DNA of 64,000 nucleotides from Candidatus Omnitrophota bacterium (GTDB lineage Bacteria; Omnitrophota; Gorgyraeia; Zapsychrales; Zapsychraceae): contig JAJDCA010000071.1 of NCBI GenBank assembly GCA_029261055.1, positions 25,778 to 89,777 on the forward strand, given 5' to 3'. Shown here piece by piece: positions 28,152-36,832 of this stretch. The notes beneath the pieces were generated by a model. It was not told where the DNA came from. It saw only the letters and a program-made list of their open reading frames with translations, and did not search any database. Position 1 is the first letter of the stretch, and every line of letters begins with the position of its first letter. Both the position numbers and the translations under genes were made by a program.

Positions 28152-30113
28152 ATGATTACTATTACAGATTTAACTATGGGGTTTTCTCAACGGACGTTGT
28201 TTAAAGATGTCGGTTTGAGTATTTTTCCAAATGAAAAAATTGGTCTAACCGGGCCGAATGGAGCTGGTAAAACAACGCTTTTTTCTATTATTTTGGGGAG
28301 TACGGAACCTGTCAGTGGGCAAGTCCAGATTCAGAAAAATATTAATATTGGATATCTACCACAGGAAGCTCATTTCACGTCCAAAAAAACTGTTCTCGAT
28401 GAGCTGACAGAAGGGGACCAACGCATACGTGATTTGAAAAATGAAAAACGGAAATTAGAAGATGCCCATAAGGCGGATTCTCATCGTTACGGAGATATTT
28501 TGCATGAATTAGAGCAATTAGGCATTTATGACATTGAGCATAAAGCTGAAAAAATTTTAATGGGATTAGGTTTTAAAGAAGAGGATTTTGAAAAGCCCAT
28601 TGTGGAATTAAGCGGCGGCTGGCAGATGAGGACGCTTTTAGCAAAATTGTTGACCTATCCGTATGATGTGATCCTTTTGGATGAGCCGACGAACTATTTA
28701 GATTTATCGGCAACGCTTTGGTTAAAAAGTTTTTTGCATGCATACAAAGGCGCTTTTATTCTTATTTCACATGATAGGCTTTTTTTAAATGATGTGACAA
28801 ATTACACCATTATTCTCGAAGGCGCGCAGATGTTGAAAGTGAAAGGGAATTACGAGGAATTTGAACGGCAGAGAGAAATGACTCAAAAGACTCTGGAAAA
28901 AAAGCAAAAGGTGATTGAGAAAAAGCGTAAGCAATTAGAGCGTTTTGCGCAAAGATTTCATGCCCAACCGAATAAAGCTGCTTCTGTGCGTAATAAGCGC
29001 AGGATGATTGATCGCCTTGAAGACGTGCAATTAAGTACGGAAAATAAAAGTGTTGGTGTTTTTGAGTTTTCAAATGTCCCATCTAGTGGTTACCTTGTAG
29101 CCCATTTAGAAAAAGTGAGTAAGGCTTATGGGCCTAAACAAGTGTACAAAGATGTAGATTTAGAAATTACACGTGGACAAAAAGTTTGTTTAGTTGGACC
29201 TAATGGGGCTGGAAAGTCAACGCTTTTAAAAATGTTGGCCAAGGCCCTTGAGCCGGACACTGGAAAACTTAAATACGGGCATAATGTTGAATACGGATAT
29301 TTTTCTCAAACAAGGCTCGATGTTCTGCAACCGCATCGCAGTGCTTTTGATGAAGTTATTACGTCTGGTCCGCCCGGTACCCCAGCTTTAAAAGTAAGGG
29401 CTTTGTTAGGTTTATTCAATTTTCATGGGGATGATGTTTTTAAACAAGTAAAGGTTTTATCCGGTGGGGAGAAGAGTCGGTTAATCCTTGCTAAGCTTCT
29501 CATCAATCCTCCAAATTTTATGTTGTTAGATGAGCCAACAACGCATTTAGATCTTGATGGTGTAAAGGCTTTGACCTCAGCTTTGCAAGGATATGAGGGG
29601 ACGGTATGTTTTATTAGTCATGATTTGTATTTTATTCAGGAAGTGGCCGATTGTATTATTGATGTTAATGGCGGAAAGTTAAAGACGTATCTTGGTGGAT
29701 TAGATTATTATTTAGAAAAAAGCGGACAAAAAACTTTAGGGGGATCTAAGCAGGCGAGTGGAAAAGTGTCGCAAGATAAGGCTCAGGTGGCGTCATTAAC
29801 TCAGGGGAAGAAGGGGAAGAAATTAAAGCAAAAAGGCGGTTCAAAATTAGATGCCTTGCATGATCAGCATAAACAAGCCCTTAAGCGTATTACACAGATT
29901 AAAAATGAAATAAAGAAATTAGAGCAAGAGCAAAAAGATTTAGAGATGGAAAGTTATGTAAAGTCACGGCATTTATCGAAATCTTTTGATAAACAAGATT
30001 CGGGAACACTTAAAGAATATGGACAGCGTCTGAAATGGATTCAAGGACGGCAGAGAGACATTGAGAGTACGATTAAAAGTTTAGAAGAAGAAAAAACTAG
30101 AATTAGTAAATAA
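28152..30113 (+). CDS. ABC-F family ATP-binding protein
   Basis: Two NBDs (GPNGAGKT/S, LSGG, LLDEPT), no TM segments, C-terminal coiled coil. Confidence 0.94.
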   Translation: MITITDLTMGFSQRTLFKDVGLSIFPNEKIGLTGPNGAGKTTLFSIILGSTEPVSGQVQIQKNINIGYLPQEAHFTSKKTVLDELTEGDQRIRDLKNEKRKLEDAHKADSHRYGDILHELEQLGIYDIEHKAEKILMGLGFKEEDFEKPIVELSGGWQMRTLLAKLLTYPYDVILLDEPTNYLDLSATLWLKSFLHAYKGAFILISHDRLFLNDVTNYTIILEGAQMLKVKGNYEEFERQREMTQKTLEKKQKVIEKKRKQLERFAQRFHAQPNKAASVRNKRRMIDRLEDVQLSTENKSVGVFEFSNVPSSGYLVAHLEKVSKAYGPKQVYKDVDLEITRGQKVCLVGPNGAGKSTLLKMLAKALEPDTGKLKYGHNVEYGYFSQTRLDVLQPHRSAFDEVITSGPPGTPALKVRALLGLFNFHGDDVFKQVKVLSGGEKSRLILAKLLINPPNFMLLDEPTTHLDLDGVKALTSALQGYEGTVCFISHDLYFIQEVADCIIDVNGGKLKTYLGGLDYYLEKSGQKTLGGSKQASGKVSQDKAQVASLTQGKKGKKLKQKGGSKLDALHDQHKQALKRITQIKNEIKKLEQEQKDLEMESYVKSRHLSKSFDKQDSGTLKEYGQRLKWIQGRQRDIESTIKSLEEEKTRISK

Positions 30114-30118
30114 TTTTT

Positions 30119-30376
30119 ATGAAGCTTAAATTAGACATGCATGATATTTATTCTGAGGGTAAGAAGCTTGAATCAGCGTTGGCGGGTATTATGCAAGAAG
30201 CACAGACGAAAAAGGCTAAGTTGGTTGAGATTATTCCCGGGAAGGGAAGCGGACAGTTGAAGAAATATGTTTTACGTACTCTTGAAAAAAAGTATAAAGG
30301 CATTTATCATAGGATTGAAAAAGATGATAAAAATTGGGGTCGGATTTTTGTTCATTTCCGTTGGAATAAATCTTGA
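30119..30376 (+). CDS. Stand-alone Smr-domain protein
   Basis: KLDMHD, EIIPGKGSG.LK, NWG. Confidence 0.85.
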   Translation: MKLKLDMHDIYSEGKKLESALAGIMQEAQTKKAKLVEIIPGKGSGQLKKYVLRTLEKKYKGIYHRIEKDDKNWGRIFVHFRWNKS

Positions 30377-30385
30377 GGGATAGCT

Positions 30386-30847
30386 ATGAAGCGACTGAGT
30401 GTTCTTTTTTTGCCGTATAGGAAATTATATAATTTCCTATCGGCACCAAAAATACGCCTCAAGTTATTGATGAATGCAATTTTCTTGAGTGTTTTATTTT
30501 TATCGAGTTGTACTAAATTAAAGTACCTTCCGCAGCTTTTAACTCTAAAAGATCTGGCTAATGAGCAGGAACAACTTAATCAGCATGTTGAGGAGGCTGA
30601 TAAAAAATTCCAGAATCTTTTACAGGCCATTAAAACAGACACCATTCGTGTGTATGCTAATCAAAAAGGTATTATTGAGGCTTTCGGTGATCCGGTTCTT
30701 ATTGAGGATGTCGTAGGTCATACGAAGGCTTCAGTAGAATGGATGTATCGTTACTCCACGCAGTTTTTTACTTCAGAAAAAGTCTACCTGTATTTTGATT
30801 CTTCTAAAAATCTTATTGAATGGGAATATGTGCCTGGGAAGGGATAG
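30386..30847 (+). CDS. Putative lipoprotein
   Basis: Lipobox LSSC, FGDP..EWMYRY..VYLYFD (BamE-like pattern). True start may be internal. Confidence 0.6.
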   Translation: MKRLSVLFLPYRKLYNFLSAPKIRLKLLMNAIFLSVLFLSSCTKLKYLPQLLTLKDLANEQEQLNQHVEEADKKFQNLLQAIKTDTIRVYANQKGIIEAFGDPVLIEDVVGHTKASVEWMYRYSTQFFTSEKVYLYFDSSKNLIEWEYVPGKG

Positions 30848-30857
30848 AAATTTTAAG

Positions 30858-30947
30858 GTAGATCGTCGATCGTGACGCGTGGCTCTTAAAAAACGAGTCA
30901 CTAGTCACGAGCGACGAGCCACTAAAAGTCGCCGAGCGAAAGCGAGG
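30858..30947. repeat. Inverted heptamer-array element ending in GCCGAGCGAAAGCGAGG
   Basis: GTAGATC GTCGATC GTGACGC GTGGCTC, spacer, GAGTCAC TAGTCAC GAGCGAC GAGCCAC. Lies between convergent genes. Confidence 0.82.
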
Positions 30948-30953
30948 ACTAAT

Positions 30954-31430
30954 TCATTTCGGTCGTTTAATCTTAAGAATTTTGTATGTGAGTGTGCCCG
31001 CAGGAACCTGGAGATTTACTTCTTCCCCTTCGGTATGCCCGAGAAGCCCTTTGCCAATAGGAGAGTGAATAGAGATTTTACCGGCGTCAAAGTCAGCTTC
31101 CTCAGGAGAAAGGAGTTGATATTTCAACTCTTCTCCGGTATCGACGTCTTTTAACGTTGCAATGGCTCCGATAAAAATTTTATCAGATGGAATATCCTCA
31201 TCTTCGATAATTCGGGTTTTGGCTAATTTGTCTTCCAAGCTGGTAGATCGGGCTACGTTGTGAGCTTGAGCCTCTTTGGCTGCATCATATTCGGCATTCT
31301 CGGAAAGGTCACCTTGAAGCCTGGCTTCTTCAATAGCACCGGAAATTTTGATGCGGTCTTTTTTAAGGTCTTCTAACTCACCGAGTAATCTTTCAAAACC
31401 CGCACGTGTTAAATAAATTTCATCAGACAT
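30954..31430 (-). CDS. greA: Transcription elongation factor GreA
   Basis: GDLSENAEYDAAKE, ISIHSPIGKGLLG. Confidence 0.97.
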   Translation of the reverse strand: MSDEIYLTRAGFERLLGELEDLKKDRIKISGAIEEARLQGDLSENAEYDAAKEAQAHNVARSTSLEDKLAKTRIIEDEDIPSDKIFIGAIATLKDVDTGEELKYQLLSPEEADFDAGKISIHSPIGKGLLGHTEGEEVNLQVPAGTLTYKILKIKRPK

Positions 31431-31450
31431 GTTTCTCTCCTTTGGGGTGA

Positions 31451-31684
31451 TTACATTTGTTCAACAGCTTTCATCATCACAGGAATAACTTCTTTGGCTT
31501 CTTCTTTATTCATGCGGCCTAATTTAGCAAAGCGCCATTCTTCTTCCGCATTTTTATTTTCTCGTGTTACTTGAAGTTTTTTGATCCCGTTGTTGTAGCA
31601 ATAGACCCCAACAGAAATTCGTGTTTCTTCAAACTCTTTGATTTCTTTGAAGGATTCAACATCTAATGATTTGTCGTATGGCAT
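31451..31684 (-). CDS. Small hypothetical protein, possibly a PC4-like nucleic-acid-binding fold
   Basis: AGGAG RBS before MPYDKSLD. Beta strands plus C-terminal helix pattern. Confidence 0.65.
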   Translation of the reverse strand: MPYDKSLDVESFKEIKEFEETRISVGVYCYNNGIKKLQVTRENKNAEEEWRFAKLGRMNKEEAKEVIPVMMKAVEQM

Positions 31685-31775
31685 TTTTTTCTCCTTTGAG
31701 AGATTGTCCAAAAATTACTTGGACAATTGTTTGATTTTGATCAACGTACTTTTACGTTAATTTAAGAAAATTTGT

Positions 31776-31810
31776 TTAATTAGGAATTTCTAGCTTTAAA
31801 GAAATTCCAA
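31776..31810 (+). repeat. Repeat family A variant 2, first hairpin only
   Basis: TTAATTAGGAATTTCTAGCTTTAAAGAAATTCCAA, identical to the start of the 28062 copy. Confidence 0.88.
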
Positions 31811-31828
31811 TTTTGGACAACTCCTCAT

Positions 31829-32122
31829 TTAAAGTCCTGGAAATCCTCCGGGTAAAACTGATTTCATTTTTTGTGCGGCTACGTTTTGTGATTTTTTAAC
31901 GGCGCCATTGATACTGCGTAGAAGTTCAGACTCTAATTTAGTTTTGCGGTCTGGAGTAAGAAGATCTTCATTTACTTCAATGGATTGAAAATATTGTGCC
32001 CCATTAATGGTGATCTTAATCCCACGGCCTTCATCAGATTCTGTAATTGAGGCATCTAACTCACGTTTGATTTTGTCAGCCTGCTTTTTCATTTCCATGA
32101 GTTGTTTCATTTTGTCAAACAT
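31829..32122 (-). CDS. YbaB/EbfC nucleoid-associated protein
   Basis: MKQLMEMKKQA..I..EL, KITING. Size and coiled coils fit the family. Confidence 0.82.
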   Translation of the reverse strand: MFDKMKQLMEMKKQADKIKRELDASITESDEGRGIKITINGAQYFQSIEVNEDLLTPDRKTKLESELLRSINGAVKKSQNVAAQKMKSVLPGGFPGL

Positions 32123-32136
32123 CTAAAACTCCTTAA

Positions 32137-32532
32137 TTAAAATAAATCATTTGTTTGTTTATATTCATTTGGGGAAGATTCATGATGAATTGAATATGTT
32201 GAATTTTCTATTTTGGGTTTACCCAAATTGCCAATATTATCCGCTAGTTTGTGTAAAGAGGTAACCAAAAATATTTGTAAGAAAATGATCATAAGATAAA
32301 CGATAAATGGGGAAAAGTCAAGCCCCATGGGGGGAATAATTCTTCGAATACGGGTCAGAACAGGTTCGGTTACCAGATGAAGAAAATGAATAATGGATCT
32401 GATAATTTCGTTATGCGGGCTTGGCTTGAGCCAGCTAACTATGACGTAGAATAAAATTATCCAACCATATAAATCTAAGAGTATTCTTAATATTTCTGCA
32501 ATAGCATGAAGAAAATTTTCAAATATAAACAT
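32137..32532 (-). CDS. YggT-family membrane protein
   Basis: SW..P, VTEPVL.RIRRIIP, LDFSPF. Confidence 0.9.
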   Translation of the reverse strand: MFIFENFLHAIAEILRILLDLYGWIILFYVIVSWLKPSPHNEIIRSIIHFLHLVTEPVLTRIRRIIPPMGLDFSPFIVYLMIIFLQIFLVTSLHKLADNIGNLGKPKIENSTYSIHHESSPNEYKQTNDLF

Positions 32533-32546
32533 TTTTGGTCCTTTCG

Positions 32547-33221
32547 TTAAAAAACTTTAAACAAATTGCCATCAATAATTTTTTGTTCGACACGATCAAA
32601 GAGGCGTTTGGCTTTTTGAGTAATATCGTCCATTTCACCCATAATAGAATTAAGGCCTTCGGCGGTGCCTAAAAGCGCTTTGGAGGATTCGATCATGACT
32701 TCGGATAATTCCAACATATTAATTTTACTCATTTCTTCGGATGTCTTTGTGAAAGAGGCGGCTGCATGGGAAAATTGCTCTGCTATGTCTTGCACATCAA
32801 GTGGGTCTTCGCCGATGACCGGTTGGGTTAAGTTAAGTACCCCGCCTTGGTCTACAGTGTAGATTTCAATCAATTTTTCCCCTAGGATGCCTTCCGTTTT
32901 AATAACAAAACGGGCATTTGTTTGGAGTTGATTTTTGTATTTTTCAAAGATGTTGAGGATAACTTTTACTTTGCGTCCTTTGATAGCTTTTTCAAGAAAG
33001 TCAATACTAGCGACATTTCCAACACTGACGCCAGAAAGACGGGTGGGAGCGCCTTCCGTAAGGCCACCGACATTACGAAAAAGCACCGTGACTTGAAATT
33101 TTGCTTTTGCCAATCCTTTATCTTTACTGATGGCAAAAATAAAACTACCAATCAGGAAGAGACCGATAAGAAAGAATATTCCAGCAGATAAATATTTGAT
33201 AAATTCTTTTTGTTCGTTCAT
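32547..33221 (-). CDS. mlaD: MlaD/MCE-domain protein
   Basis: N-terminal TM, F.NVGGL..GAP.RLSGVSVG.V, IKTEGILGEK. Confidence 0.9.
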   Translation of the reverse strand: MNEQKEFIKYLSAGIFFLIGLFLIGSFIFAISKDKGLAKAKFQVTVLFRNVGGLTEGAPTRLSGVSVGNVASIDFLEKAIKGRKVKVILNIFEKYKNQLQTNARFVIKTEGILGEKLIEIYTVDQGGVLNLTQPVIGEDPLDVQDIAEQFSHAAASFTKTSEEMSKINMLELSEVMIESSKALLGTAEGLNSIMGEMDDITQKAKRLFDRVEQKIIDGNLFKVF

Positions 33222-33225
33222 TGTA

Positions 33226-33301
33226 TTAATTAAGGAATTTCTAGTTTTAAAGAAATTCCAAAAGGGTCTAATTCCCCGAGGCTTGCCTCGAGGAGATTCA
33301 A
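33226..33301 (+). repeat. Repeat family A variant 2 between mlaF and mlaD
   Basis: Near-identical to 28062-28137. Overlaps the mlaF stop codon. Confidence 0.9.
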
Positions 33302-34017
33302 TTCATCAAGAAATCTTTAACAAAAGGATCTTGTGATTTTCTTAATTCAGATTCTGTGCCTTGAGCCGTAATTTTTCCGCCGTGCATTAAGACGACGCGG
33401 TCGGCAATACGAAAAGAATTGCGAATGTCGTGCGAAGTAATCACGGTCGTGCAGTTGAGTTTTCTGGATGCATCATGGATTAAATCTGAGATATCCCGGC
33501 TTCGTATGGGGTCTAACCCGGAAGTCGGTTCATCGCAAAAAAGAATTTTTGAATCTAGGATAATAGCACGGGCTAAGGCCACACGTTTACGCATTCCGCC
33601 ACTTAACTCAGAAGGGTAAACTTTCTCAATACCTTTTAAATCTACGATTTCTAGAATTTCTGTGACCTTTTGGGCAATAATTTTTTTGCTAAATTGTGTA
33701 TGTTCGTGCAGAGGAAAAGCAATATTTTCAGCCACGTTCATAAAATCATACAAGGCCCCTTCTTGAAAAAGATAACCAATATTGGATCTGATTTTTAACA
33801 ATTCTTTTTCAGAGAGGCAAGTAATATCTTTGGCATTGATATGGATTGCCCCTTGATCTGGTTTTAAAAGTCCGATTAAATGTTTTAAAAGAACGCTTTT
33901 GCCTGTGCCGCTTTGGCCAAGAACTACAAGAATTTCTCCTTCTTTGATCTCTAAATTAATGTTATCCAGGACAGATTTTCCAGAAAATGTCTTTGAAAGA
34001 TTTTCAATTTTGATCAT
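33298..34017 (-). CDS. mlaF: MlaF-like ABC ATPase
   Basis: GQSGTGKS, FQEGALYD, LSGGMRKRVALARA, DEPTSGLDP. Confidence 0.93.
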   Translation of the reverse strand: MIKIENLSKTFSGKSVLDNINLEIKEGEILVVLGQSGTGKSVLLKHLIGLLKPDQGAIHINAKDITCLSEKELLKIRSNIGYLFQEGALYDFMNVAENIAFPLHEHTQFSKKIIAQKVTEILEIVDLKGIEKVYPSELSGGMRKRVALARAIILDSKILFCDEPTSGLDPIRSRDISDLIHDASRKLNCTTVITSHDIRNSFRIADRVVLMHGGKITAQGTESELRKSQDPFVKDFLMN

Positions 34018-34381
34018 GATCTTTTTTTTTAAAATAACGAAATTTATTTTTGTCAAACTTTGTGTACAAGCGTTCATAAGGGCGAACGTCGACCTTATCC
34101 GCAAAATATTGAACACCTCGGTATTCTCCAAGAATGTAAACTTCAGAATCGGTCAGACTTTCCACGCCATCAGCTGGATACCATAGGTTGCCTTCAAATT
34201 CAATCGGTTCGCCATGACGTATCCATTCAGCTTCTGTAGACAAGAGAGGATAATTTTGTATACGGCCAGCATTGCCTTTCGTTGTTTGGCAAGCTGGAAG
34301 AAAGCAAAGGCAAAGTAGCAAAGGACATAGGGCTAATAGTTTAGAACTTAAAAGCGAAAATGTTGTTTGTTTTTTATTCAT
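34004..34381 (-). CDS. Putative lipoprotein inside the mla operon
   Basis: Lipobox LPAC, overlaps the mlaF start. Confidence 0.7.
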   Translation of the reverse strand: MNKKQTTFSLLSSKLLALCPLLLCLCFLPACQTTKGNAGRIQNYPLLSTEAEWIRHGEPIEFEGNLWYPADGVESLTDSEVYILGEYRGVQYFADKVDVRPYERLYTKFDKNKFRYFKKKDHDQN

Positions 34382-34395
34382 AATGTTTATTTATG

Positions 34396-34513
34396 TAGAC
34401 ACGAAATCGCTTTTGAACAAAAATTAATACATTCGGCTCAGAAGAGGCCTCGTTCTGCTCGGCCTCTAATTCGCCGTATGCATTAATTTTTGTTTTGCGC
34501 GATTACGAATCTA
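34396..34513. repeat. Long imperfect palindrome (about 118 nt)
   Basis: AACAAAAATTAATACAT / ATGCATTAATTTTTGTT, CGGC/GCCG and AGAGGCC/GGCCTCT nested stems. Confidence 0.75.
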
Positions 34514-34622
34514 AATTCTTAATTTGTAAACCCTCGGCCAGCCCATCTTAACATAAGCTCCAATAGACGGATTGACTAACGCTTCCGTAATTTGAGCAGT
34601 TGTAATGTTCCCTAGTGTAGCA

Positions 34623-35393
34623 CTATCCCCAAAAAGTCAAAATGATTTTTGTCAATATCGTATTGGAAACAATAATAAAGATGTAAGAGTAAGCTACAGC
34701 CTTAGTTGTAAATTTTCCTACACCCAAAGATCCGCCTTTGGTTGTAAATCCTTGGTAGCAGCAAACCCAGCCAATAAGAATAGAAAAAAAGAAAGATTTA
34801 ATGAAGCCACTAAAAAAGTCTACGTATTGAATGGCCTTAATTGTTTGATTAATGTAAAAAGGGCCTGGGATATGAGCTTCACCAACACCTACCATGTAGC
34901 CGCCTGCAATGCCCACCATTTCTGAAATGACGGTTAATATGGGTAGCACAAGAAAACAGGCCAAAATGCGAGGGACAACAAGAAATTCAATAGGGTCTAC
35001 GCCCATTGTTCGGGTGGCCAGGAGTTGATCGTTAACATTCATGGTGCCTAATTCAGCCGTTATACGAGCCCCGGCTTTTCCGGAAAAAATAAGGGCCGTA
35101 AAGACAGGTCCAAGTTCTCTAACCAGTGAAAGGGCTACTAAATGGGAAATGTATTCTTTAGCACCAAATCGGGCCATGGCGACATATCCCTGCAAGGCCA
35201 GGACAAGGCCGGAGGCCAATGAGGTCATCATAATAATAATGACAGATTGTAACCCTTGCGCGTACATTTGTTTAAGGACTTCACCTAATCGAATGCGGCC
35301 ACAGACAATATGCCGCATAATATCACCCAAAAAGCAGAGTGCTCGTCCAAGATTTGTGATCATATTTATGAAATATTGAAAAAGTGGTTTCAT
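34623..35393 (-). CDS. mlaE: MlaE-family permease
   Basis: LVRELGPV, AELGTM, MGVDPIEFLVVPR, GVGKFTTKAV. Confidence 0.94.
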   Translation of the reverse strand: MKPLFQYFINMITNLGRALCFLGDIMRHIVCGRIRLGEVLKQMYAQGLQSVIIIMMTSLASGLVLALQGYVAMARFGAKEYISHLVALSLVRELGPVFTALIFSGKAGARITAELGTMNVNDQLLATRTMGVDPIEFLVVPRILACFLVLPILTVISEMVGIAGGYMVGVGEAHIPGPFYINQTIKAIQYVDFFSGFIKSFFFSILIGWVCCYQGFTTKGGSLGVGKFTTKAVAYSYIFIIVSNTILTKIILTFWG

Positions 35394-35394
35394 G

Positions 35395-35907
35395 TTATTT
35401 ATCTTTATTCACCCAAATATCTTTAAGTTCCGAAGTGATTTGCATTTCTATATTTTTAGGCATATTTTTTGAGATTTCTTTGTGTTTACGATTTTTGTTT
35501 GTTGTAGCATTTTTTTGTTGAACAGGCTGCATTTTTTTTAAAAATTGGGCCACAGGGACAACTTGGGCGCCTAAGGCTTTGACGGCATATTGTATGTCTC
35601 TGTCATCTGTTACGACTTTGATATTTTTTTTATTGGCGGCCAAGGACACTATTTTCTTTATTTTGTCATCGGCTGATTCTCCTTTGGAATAAACGATTTT
35701 TATCCCGCTCAATGGCAATGGATCAAAATTAATGATACCGGCTTGACCATCAAAAATTAATGTAACCTCGTTGCGTAGACTTCCTTGAGGTTTGTATCGT
35801 CCAATCACATTAATGAGATGTTTGCGTTGTTCCTCAAGATTGCCCGGGGGCAGAGGTGTCATTTGATAGATGATGTTGTACCCGTCCAGGAGATAATGTA
35901 GTGACAT
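35395..35907 (-). CDS. NYN/YacP-like PIN-domain RNase
   Basis: LLDGYN, LIFDG, SADDKI, VVTDDR. Confidence 0.85.
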   Translation of the reverse strand: MSLHYLLDGYNIIYQMTPLPPGNLEEQRKHLINVIGRYKPQGSLRNEVTLIFDGQAGIINFDPLPLSGIKIVYSKGESADDKIKKIVSLAANKKNIKVVTDDRDIQYAVKALGAQVVPVAQFLKKMQPVQQKNATTNKNRKHKEISKNMPKNIEMQITSELKDIWVNKDK

Positions 35908-36832
35908 AAATAATTCCACCGATAATGCCTATGGCAATCATAAAAAAATAATTGATTAAAGAAATGCTGACAGCGATACCTGAATCAACGCCTATTTTAC
36001 CTAATAAATAGGCTGCTCCGGTTTCTCTGACGCCAAGTCCTCCTATGGAAGGGAAAGAAGAGGCAACACAAAGTAAAGGGACAAAAATGAGAAAATAAAT
36101 GATGGGAATATCTTGATGCAAAGCCTTGGCCACAAGATACCAGCTAAATCCAAAAATAACTTGATTGATGCATGCCAATCCAAGAGCTTTGAATCCTTGG
36201 GCACGGTTGTTTTTGAGTAAGGCAATGTCGTAATGCATTTCCATGAGTTTATTTTTAAACTTTGGGAAGTAATTAAAAAGTTTACATCCAAAGCTATAAA
36301 TTTTTTCGTTAAATAAAACTAGGGCTATGGAACCGGCGACCAAGGCAATAATAGATATGGCAATCAGGAGGGTAACATCCTGAATAAACCGATATCCAAA
36401 AATAAAAGCACAGACGGCCACAATGACAATACTGGCAAAGCCGCTTAAGCGGTCCAGGAGAACGGAGGCCACCACTTTTGTTTTTTGATCATGGTTTGTG
36501 CATAATCCAACCGTTTTTAGGACGTCGCCCCCAATAGCGGAGGGTAAAAAAAGGTTGCCGAATAAGCCGACACCAAAATGGCGGAGGGCATTCCAAAATC
36601 CCACGGATAGATTTAAAGCCTTCATAAAGATCATCCATCGCCAAAGAATGAGACCATTAATAAAAACAAATATACAAAAGGCCAGGGTAACAAAAAATGG
36701 ATCAGTCGTTTTTAAGACTTCTAGGGTATTGTCTATGTCAATTTTTGAAAAGACATACCATAGAAGTAAGCCGCTTAATCCGATACGGAGACAGAAAGAA
36801 AATATATTTTTTATTTTTGTGTTGAGAGACAT
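35834..36832 (-). CDS. Lysylphosphatidylglycerol-synthase TM/flippase-like protein (UPF0104)
   Basis: RW, N.FLPSAIGGD, SVLLDRL, P.SIGGLGVRE. Confidence 0.88.
   Translation of the reverse strand: MSLNTKIKNIFSFCLRIGLSGLLLWYVFSKIDIDNTLEVLKTTDPFFVTLAFCIFVFINGLILWRWMIFMKALNLSVGFWNALRHFGVGLFGNLFLPSAIGGDVLKTVGLCTNHDQKTKVVASVLLDRLSGFASIVIVAVCAFIFGYRFIQDVTLLIAISIIALVAGSIALVLFNEKIYSFGCKLFNYFPKFKNKLMEMHYDIALLKNNRAQGFKALGLACINQVIFGFSWYLVAKALHQDIPIIYFLIFVPLLCVASSFPSIGGLGVRETGAAYLLGKIGVDSGIAVSISLINYFFMIAIGIIGGIIYVTTLSPGRVQHHLSNDTSAPGQS

Noticed and set aside
16845-30947. CRISPR array suggested by short repeats
   Set aside because: Units are 7 bp with no unique spacers of about 30 bp, and no cas genes are present.
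30879-31154. 91-aa + strand ORF
   Set aside because: Begins in the heptamer element and is antisense to greA.
32215-32224. Another GGGTTTACC in yggT
   Set aside because: No inverted repeat or insert. A lone 9-mer is expected by chance.
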